Part shown: positions 56,501 through 64,000 of the stretch, in pieces
Layout: every line of letters starts with the position of its first letter
Numbering within the stretch: the stretch's first letter is position 1
From: Paraspadella gotoi
Lineage: Eukaryota; Animalia; Chaetognatha
Length of the DNA: 64,000 nucleotides
Direction: 5' to 3'
NCBI GenBank assembly: GCA_051294375.1
Contig: CM119270.1
Location: forward strand, 5,464,152-5,528,151
Translations under genes and position numbers: made by a program
Notes under the pieces: model-generated
The model's database searches: none
What the model saw: the letters and a program-made list of their open reading frames with translations, nothing else
Told to the model about the DNA's origin: nothing

Positions 56501-59500
56501 GGTTAACGCCCTGCTCCTTCCTCCTTCCTCAACTGATATTTTTTAAACTTTCTTTTCAAGTGATTCTGTTCTGCACGTTTTCTAAATTCTGAATTATAAT
56601 TAGGAATCAATATAGTTTATTAATACTTTTAAGGGATGAATATAAATATTAATTAATGGTTAATATAGTTTTGTTTTTATAATAATAAAATTTAGGTTTG
56701 ATTTTTATGCTTTTAAGTGCTTATGAAAATATAAAAAAAATCTTAGACTTGCAAAGCCTTTGTTCAATGAGGCTTAAACCTAAAATTTTAGCTCTGTATA
56801 ATAAAAAATAAAAATTTGAATTTAGTAAAAAATACCATATATTAAAAAAATAAAATAATAGATGATATAAATATTTAGATAAGATCAACTAAAAGTTTTT
56901 TTATAATTATTGTGTGTAAATCCTTTCTTTTTTGTTGTGTTTGTGGTTTAAAGAGACAAATAGTTTATTGGCAATAACAATTTTTATTATATACAGGGTA
57001 GTGAATCAAAACTTAGTGTATGAACACTTGCCGTGTGCCCATGAAACGCCTCTGCTTCGCCGCTGTCAGGTCGCTACGTAGGAAAGTGGTCCTCGTCTCT
57101 CGCTGACATCTCCGGAAGTGGGCGTAGCCGCGTCTGGCGCCGTTGCACGTGCGTCGAAGACGTCGGGGGTTTGGTCGCGCCGTAAGTCGGCGCCGTGAGT
57201 CCTTGGTCGGCGAGGCTGTCGACACTCGAGTGTGGTCGTATGGAATGGACCACAAGTCCGTCCACAAGTCTATGACGGAGCTAAAGTCTGACCACAAGTG
57301 CATCCACGAGTCCCGGAGTGTGGTCCCATGGTGGGCTCTATGGCCACAATGACTCTGTCTGTAAACCGTATCGAAAGGGTGACGTGACGTGACGTGAAGG
57401 CTCCTAAGCCTTGTAAAAGACAGTTTTGTGACGGGCGGAAACATCCTAAGTAGCTATGTATGTGCCTAGAATATCTGGTAAAAAAAGAAAAGAGGAGTGA
57501 AATCTCCAAAAGAAAAGAAAAAAGACATCTATCGGCAGAAATGGTAATAACAAAGAATAGTTAGAATAGTATTTACCATCATATTTTATAGGCAAAAAGT
57601 TATTGAATGTCTTTTTATAATACACTAAGATAATCACTGATGTTTTGAGTTTCTGATATAGGTTTTATTTTCCTCATGCTTTTATACTGCGCTACTAAAA
57701 AGAATGCAACATTGGTTGAATTTGCTCTGCGCCGGTTTAGAACTTAAAATCCCTATCAGTATGTTACATTATTAAGGAGGCTATTAAGAATAGGAATAAC
57801 TACTATTCTAAGTCGGGAATCCATGCGCTTAAGCCCGAGTCGATTAGGGCCATTTATCAGGATGCTGCAGGTAGCAATTATAGCATACTCAAAACCAACA
57901 ATATGTACGCTAATAGCTCATTTCTATGCTAAAAGAAAAATTCTGAAGAGAGCAAATAAAAAACTCTATTTAGAAATATTTACTAGGACATGTTATCTTT
58001 ACTATCCTATGGCCATTAAACTGCCGCAGTTTAACAAGATCTATTTCAACCTTAATTAATAAAAGCAATTTTAAGAAGTTGTAAAAAAAATTTTCCTAAG
58101 TTCACACTGTAGTGGCCACAATTCGAGCCTTAATCAGAAATTTTTTAGCTATTTTTCTATGCAAATAAAAACTAATAGCTATCACCATTTAAATTCCTAT
58201 GATATAATTTTTATCACTGGGTCCTCTTAAAAGGTAGATGATAACTGTACAATAATGAAAAAATAGTTATAATTCATGGAAGTTAAGAAGTTTAAAAAAG
58301 TGATGAATTGTGGTGTACGCAACACCCTCACTGGTCATATTGAATTGCATTACTTTTGTTTTTCTTTTTACATATTTCCATACAATTTTGAGCTAAATTA
58401 ACGTTGTCACTTTTTCTATTTTTCCTCTTCTTTTTGTTTTGAGCTCTCTCTCTCGTTTGCTCTCTACATGTCAACATTGACCTACGGCGTGATCTCTTGA
58501 CAAAGGTAAATGAACTAAAAATATTTTTAGTCGGATCAGCTTATCGCAGATTCCGACTCTATAATTCACTTTGTAGGTCCATCGGTCCCACCCCAAAAAC
58601 TTGTCAGTAAATCATTTTTATCATATCAGAATTTTTTATTTAATTCAGAATTCAATATTTAAAAGTATGTGATTAAGCTGGATATAAATTTCTGATAGAA
58701 TCGTAGGAGTGAAAAAGTGTTTAAATGAGAAAACCATTATTTGAATTTTTAAAAGTTTTCCTCTCTCTATCTCTCTCCGATGGATTGATTGATTGATTGA
58801 TTGATTGACCAAATTATGCCACTTGACCAAATTATTCAAGTGACCAAATTTTGCAAGTTGACCAAATTATGCCAGTTGATAAAATTATGCTCATTGACCA
58901 AATTATGCTAGTTGACCAAATTATGCCAGTTGACCAAATTATGCCGGTTGTCCAAATTAGGCCAGTTGAGAAAATTATGCCAGTAGAGAAAATTATGCCA
59001 CTTGACCAAATTATACTAGTTGACCAAATTATGCCAGTTGACTAAATTATACCATTTAGAGTCGCCTCAGCTTGACCGCTGTTGGGCCGCTACAGAGAAA
59101 TGCTGTCCTCCATGTCCCTTGCTGACGTCTCTGGAGGTGGGCATGGCCGCGTCTGTCGCCGTTGAGCATGCGCCGAAGACATTGCCTGGCCATGATAGAG
59201 GGCGTAATCGGCGAGGCTATTGTCACCCGGGTGTGGCCCAATGTTGTGGGCCACGAGTCTGTGATGGAGGCTAAAGTCTGACCACGAGTAAGTCCACAAG
59301 TCTCTTGGAGTATGGTCTCGTCGTGGGCTCTATGGCCATGACATCACTGTCTGTAAACGGTATCAAGGGTGACAAATGGTGACATGAATGGCGTCCTCGG
59401 ACCTCGTAAAAGGCAGTTTGATGACGGGCGGAAAAATCCTAAGTATCTACATGAGCCTAGTATATCTTGTAAGAAAAGAAAAGAGGAGTGTAATCTCCTA

Positions 59501-60143
59501 AAGAAAAGAAAAGAGACATCTGTCGGCAGAAACGGTAATAACAAAAGGCAAACAAATAAATGGGGAAAAAGGGGGACATATCTCTACAATACCAGTTGAC
59601 CAAATAATACCAGTTGACAAAATTATGCCAGTTGACCAAATTATGCCAGTCAACCAAATTATGCCAGTTTACCAAATTCTGCCTGTCGACCAAATAATGC
59701 AACTTGATCAAATTATGAAAGTTGATCAAATTATGCAAGTTGACCAAATTATGCAAATTGATTAAATTATGCAAAATTACCAAATTATGCAAGTTGACTA
59801 AATTATGCAAAATGTTATTGGCGCAGCTACTGGTAATGATTGATAGATTGATTTATAGATTTTTTAATAGATTTATTAAGTCTGTTATGATTTGTTATGT
59901 GATCTGTTAAGATCATAAATTGAAAGTCAGAAAATATTACAGTGATTTATCATCGGATTAGATTATTACCGCTTAATTATCGAAGGCAGATCCGACATTG
60001 TTTGGTCAAACTTGATTAACAGACGATCAGTTTTCGAGTGCGACGCTCGCTATGGCAACGACCTCTGCAACTCGACTATTTGTTCCAAGATGGAGGACAT
60101 CCTCGTTGTCGTCGTCGTTATTGTCGCCGTCTTTTTCTTCTGA
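49336..60143 (+). CDS. Ly6/uPAR three-finger protein (quiver/sleepless-type), probably GPI-anchored; exons 49336-49437, 49659-49803, 50034-50130, 60023-60143; 154 aa
   Basis: Signal peptide MQNSLLFCLFLIFVTSSLNHCDA; VRCYFC..ECGEPF..C..HCRKIHQKV..TIRQCA..FEC..DLCN; hydrophobic tail ILVVVVVIVAVFFF*; phases 0, 1, 2 consistent. Not in the ORF track. Confidence 0.85.
50404..50466 (-). ncRNA. Type I minimal hammerhead ribozyme
   Basis: attgtcataa-CUGAUGA-a-GACUC(uaaacucaa)GAGUC-GAAAC-AU-GUC-uuacuaauaauacaau: intact core, 5-bp stem II, palindromic minimal stem III as in Penelope-associated hammerheads. Confidence 0.8.
51672..51732 (+). ncRNA. Hammerhead ribozyme, degenerate second copy
   Basis: Same motif but 3 nt shorter at the core/stem II junction (CUGAUGACUC...GAGUCGAAACAUGUC). 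Confidence 0.55.
51850..53412. repeat. ~780-bp near-identical tandem duplication
   Basis: 51850-52631 repeated from 52632; differences mostly homopolymer indels; internal gcatcggaaaa subrepeats. Confidence 0.85.
54054..56037 (-). CDS. Nested antisense gene, about 377-aa alpha-helical protein with TPR-like C-terminal half; exons 56037-55923, 55835-55742, 54978-54054
   Basis: 925-nt stop-free, non-repetitive last exon; upstream exons with GT-AG sites and phases 1 and 2; helical repeats such as CLRAYETAY and EEAQNKLEQAQKI. Start codon uncertain. Confidence 0.72.
55063..55290 (+). mobile_element. tRNA-derived SINE-like element, copy A
   Basis: 5' hairpin GGTGGA-ctaaaa-TCCACC, tRNA-like head, two further hairpins, AACATAT tail. 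Confidence 0.7.
55484..55725 (+). mobile_element. tRNA-derived SINE-like element, copy B
   Basis: 72-nt tRNA-like unit 55513-55584 with 7-bp acceptor stem GCGGCCA/TGGCCGC, A-box-like TGGTGCTGGAGG, degenerate GGTTC B box. Confidence 0.7.
56190..56524. repeat. 71-bp tandem repeat, about 4.7 copies
   Basis: Unit starts at 56190, 56261, 56332, 56403 and 56474. Confidence 0.92.
57050..57552. repeat. GC-rich segment duplicated (diverged) at about 59062-59543
   Basis: Shared blocks such as gctaaagtctgaccac, gtgggctctatggcca, gacgggcggaaa, tcggcagaaa. Confidence 0.8.
58524..60003 (+). mobile_element. HINE-like element, family A, expanded by an 18-bp minisatellite and a captured segment
   Basis: 5' TTTTTAGTCGGATC..CTCTATAATTCACTTT and 3' CAGATCCGACATTGTTT match 17661-18210; (gttgaccaaattatgcca)n at about 58804-59053 and 59594-59810. 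Confidence 0.65.
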
Positions 60144-60549
60144 CGATAATGATGTCAATGTCATATTGTATTTTTTTTTTCATTCATTGCGAAAATATAT
60201 ATCGTCCTTTTATGGTCAAATCTGACGAGAGCAAGTAGGATTTTCTTCGAGACGGTAAAACGACAGGGAACTTGACATCTTAACAATGTCGTAGTTCGTC
60301 AACGGTAGCGGACATAGTTTCGTTTATGTTCTCGCTTTCTCACTCCTCTCCGCTCTCCGGTAATAAAGTTACCCAGATGCGTCGCGGTTAAGATTCTAAG
60401 CTTGAAAGAGACGAGCAAGCAGAGACAAGCAGAGACAAGCACGCCCATAAAAGGAGTCGTTGGAGTGAAAGCGCACGTACTCCCCTTTTTTTTCCCCCTC
60501 GACTTGAGCGGCGAGTTTCTATTTCAGGTTAAAACCAGAGAAAAGATTA

Positions 60550-60593
60550 CTCGAGTTTCTATTTCAGGTTTTAACCTGAAATAGAAACTCGAG
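60550..60593. repeat. Perfect 21-bp-arm palindrome with an extra arm copy at 60512-60536
   Basis: CTCGAGTTTCTATTTCAGGTT tt AACCTGAAATAGAAACTCGAG. Confidence 0.9.
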
Positions 60594-61743
60594 GCGACGA
60601 GTTTTAACTTAGCCTAATAAAAGTTTAAATTCTCTATCAACATTTATATCTATTAAAAAAAAAACCCTTTCCTACTTTAAAATTCAAAGCGTCAACAAAG
60701 AACAAATTTTTAAAAAAATTAACAAAAATTTAACAAATTTAAAAAATTTTCCCTTTCCGTTCAAGTGACTTTTGTTTAATAAGAAAATTTTCCGCAGTGT
60801 CACTCATTTCTAGTCTTATTGACCGAAATTTACTAAACAAGTGGCTCACCGTTAATCGAAATTGTAATAAAGATTTAACAACATCACTGATGTCATCAGC
60901 CATGTTGAATGAGTCTCTCGTTCATAAAGATTATCATTTGCCACAAACTTAACAATACAGTGTTTCCCCTCACCCAACAAAAAAAAATTATTATAACGAG
61001 TAAGTTGACTAAGTAAAAAAAAACATTTTAAAAATGATCATATAAATATTTATCTTTTTTCCCTGCTGCCTATGTTTGATCTCGGGTTTGCGTAACATGG
61101 TTTCTGTATTTATAGTTTTATTCGTGTGAAGTAGATTTCGAAAAAAAAAAAAAAAAATTTTCTGAAACGCATTTGGACTTCGAGGGGAAACAAACAAGTT
61201 GTGTCACGAAGACAGTTCGGTCCAATCAAACGCCTTCGCTAGTACTCGACTGAGCCAATTAATAACGAGAGTTCTTTATCGGATATTAATTATCGAATTG
61301 CCCTTCGTCCTTAGAGGTAATATAGTATTTATGAATGAAACCTTAACGATTATTGAACGCTCAACAAAGAAACGTTTCGTTGTTTTATTTTTTGGATAGT
61401 ACGTAATGACGTTAATATTTAACATATTAGGGTTATGGAGTTTTTTTAAGTTTTACTCTTTCGTTGGCCTTTTTCATAAAACCCGCTTTGTTAAAAGTTA
61501 TTTCTTTATCAGACTGAATCGATGGAATGAAGGAGTAAGAAAACCTGTTTTTCGTTCTCTCTTTACTTGTTGCCAAAAGCTACAATTCAGCATACTGTCG
61601 CCTCACAACCATCGACACTCCTACACACACATAATTCTGTTATGTACTGTTTCACCTGATAAACGAATAAAACACATATAATCGATAATGTTAAGAATTC
61701 ATTAAGAACCTAAAACGAGTAACAAAATAAAATCAAGCTAATT

Positions 61744-64000
61744 ATGGCCGAGATCGATTGGACCTACGGCAACGACTACACCGGATACGATGACGCCGCA
61801 GCCGCAGCCGCCGACCCCTTCACCCCATTACGCATCAACAGGCTCCGCTTCAACGGCGCCATCTTGTACGACGCGCCCTCTATGTACAAATCCTTTCTTC
61901 GCGCCTTCGTCTCCGAGGCGACGGGAGAAGCGTGGAACAAGAGCCACGCGTGGAAGATCTGGTGTCTGGACAATTACGACAGCGTCATTGCTGACTACAG
62001 GTGAAGCAAACCGAACTAGTAAAAAAAAGTAATAATTTGAACAGATTTAGGCATCAATTATTTATGGTGTTGAAATCTTATCCAAGCTTTACTCATATAT
62101 TTATATAAATACCTAATTGACAATATGCTTTGCGAAAAAAACTTTAATTTGGCAAATAAAAATTTTTAATCCTTAATATAGTATAAAAAAAAACATTCAA
62201 GCGTTTATCAAATTTATTATTCAATTTTTAAGTTGTTTTCTAGACATGTTCATAAAGTTTTAGTCGAAGTTCTCAAACACCCTATTGAATCGAATCGGCT
62301 CTACTTCAGGCAGCTGCACAAGACAATTGCCAAGGGTAAGACGGAGCCGGTGAGCGGGAAATACGTGCCAGTTTTCTCCCAGGGCAACGTAGCTCTCTTT
62401 TCTCACGTCATCGATCGTACGGAGCAGCGGGGGTGCGTGAAGCACGGCAGCGTCGTGCTGCGGCAGCAGCGGGAGGCCTTGGTGAATGATGACGGCGGTG
62501 GATGGGATGACGCGTATTGCTACAGGTGAGGTTGAAGTGAGGTAAGTTTTGCGAAAAAACAAAGGATCAATAACAAACAAGATATATTGTATAATCTAAG
62601 TTTTGATCTTTATTTCTCCAATTTGTATGCAATTTCCTTATTTTTTAACGCCCCGATCGGTTGACAGCTTCACCTGGCAATGTGGAGATTGTAACAGAGA
62701 TAGGAATTTCACATTGTAAATTTACACAATGTACAATGAGCCAATTTAATTCCATTCGCTTTTCTGATTTCAATAAATCGATTCATCTCACGTTCGTCAT
62801 TTTATCACGACGTCATCAGCAAATTCGAGGCATTGAAGGAGAACGCGGTCAAGACTATGTTCAAGGATCTCCCCAAGCTGAAGTTGAAGTGGCTCGACCG
62901 GATGGACCGGGTCAGGCTGGGCTACCTCGACCAAGAGCGGTTGGAGAAGACGAGGCTCAAGATTTGGAGGATGAAGAGAAAGGCGTTGGCGAAGAGAGAA
63001 ATGGAGGAGGATTTGAAAAGAGATTTGGGGGAACATTTGGTGGAACATTCGCTGCATGATTTAGGGGGAAGGAGGGCGGACGAGGGCGACGTTGACGACG
63101 AAGTGGTTCGCACTCATTATCTAGAGATGGAGTTTACGAGAGAAGAATTGACTGTCACTGACGAGAATGGTAAGTGTAATATCAAGTAAATAGAAATATT
63201 AAATAAAAATTAAATGTCTACGAAAAAGGAAAAAAATTTTGTTTCGTTTTATTTTTAATTAAATTATTTTATTATAATTTATTTTTCTCGTTTGAAATCA
63301 TCCTTTCTAAACTTTTCCAACTTTTCCAACTGCAACGATCGGCTAAAGTTACGGCGACTCTGCCGACGCCGCCAATGACGACGCACTCGACGCAGCAACA
63401 GCCTACGCAGCCGTCTCCGACGCCGCTGACTGATGCTGGAGATGAAGATTGGATTCAGGAGGGTCTAATCTTCGATCGTATTTTTGAAGGTGACAGAAAA
63501 AAGAACTTTGTCGTCGTCAAGGTTAAATATAACCTTGACTAGGACTAGATTGATATGTTTAATTTAATTTTACCTAAGTTTAATCGTTACCGATGATTTT
63601 CCTTTTTGTTAAATATTACATATTACAAACGGATGAAACGTTTTTATTATTTATTTATGGATTAGAACCCGGAACCTTCCAGCCACAAGCCGAAGTGGAC
63701 GAGAAGGAGGAAGAGGAGCAGGAGAAAGAGGAGCAGGAGGAAGAGGAACAGCAGAAAGAAGCGGAGCATTTGGACGACGACAACAACCCCACTTCCTCCT
63801 CCTCCATCTGCCCCTCGCGAATCGCCGCCTCTCTCATCTTCTCTCCGCCGTCCTTCTCCAACGCCTGGTCGACGACGCCGAGATTCTTCGTCGGCGCCGA
63901 TTTCGTCGCCGTCCAAGTCAACGGACGAATCCTCGTCTGGGGCGGGCGTCAGGTTCAGCCCCATCCGACCGACAATTCGCCCGACAATTCGCCCGACAAT
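61744..64000 (+). CDS. Unknown multi-exon protein, 5' part; exons 61744-62000, 62244-62525, 62820-63169, 63349-63489, 63666 onward; possible Kelch-like repeat starting at the window edge
   Basis: ATG and five open exons with consistent phases (2, 2, 1, 1); last exon contains FVAVQVNGRILVWGG. Confidence 0.75.

Noticed and set aside
56190-56524. CRISPR-like array
   Set aside because: Whole units repeat with no unique spacers; eukaryotic context and no cas genes
58851-59045. VDQIMP hexapeptide-repeat ORF
   Set aside because: By-product of the 18-bp minisatellite; no proper start or splice context

Overview
Draft-assembly DNA from an intron-containing animal (probably an invertebrate), not a prokaryote. 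It is rich in (AG)n, (GAC)n and (AAT)n microsatellites and N gaps, and most supplied ORFs are microsatellite artefacts. Manual GT-AG splice reconstruction with phase checks gives six gene models: (1) a + strand KASH-domain (nesprin/klarsicht-type) gene, last exons 19151-23876; (2) a low-confidence convergent - strand gene at 24.3-27.8 kb; (3) a - strand astacin metalloprotease of 9 or more exons (43982 to about 33590) with Cys-rich, LDLa and PLAC-like C-terminal modules; (4) a + strand Ly6/uPAR (quiver-type) gene at 49336-60143; (5) an antisense 3-exon, about 377-aa helical/TPR-like gene nested in its 9.9-kb third intron; (6) an unknown + strand gene running off the right end. Mobile DNA includes an internally deleted Tc1, a hAT-type MITE, Helentron-associated (HINE-like) elements, a LINE 3' fragment, a structured tRNA-derived element, two inverted copies of a 715-bp element, and a foldback element with Penelope-type hammerhead ribozymes. 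Most notable: the inverted hammerhead pair, the nested gene and cargo-filled intron, a KASH peptide lacking Cys-23, an array of splice-donor motifs, and inverted repeats bracketing two astacin exons. All models were built by eye with no database search, so they need RNA-seq or HMM confirmation.
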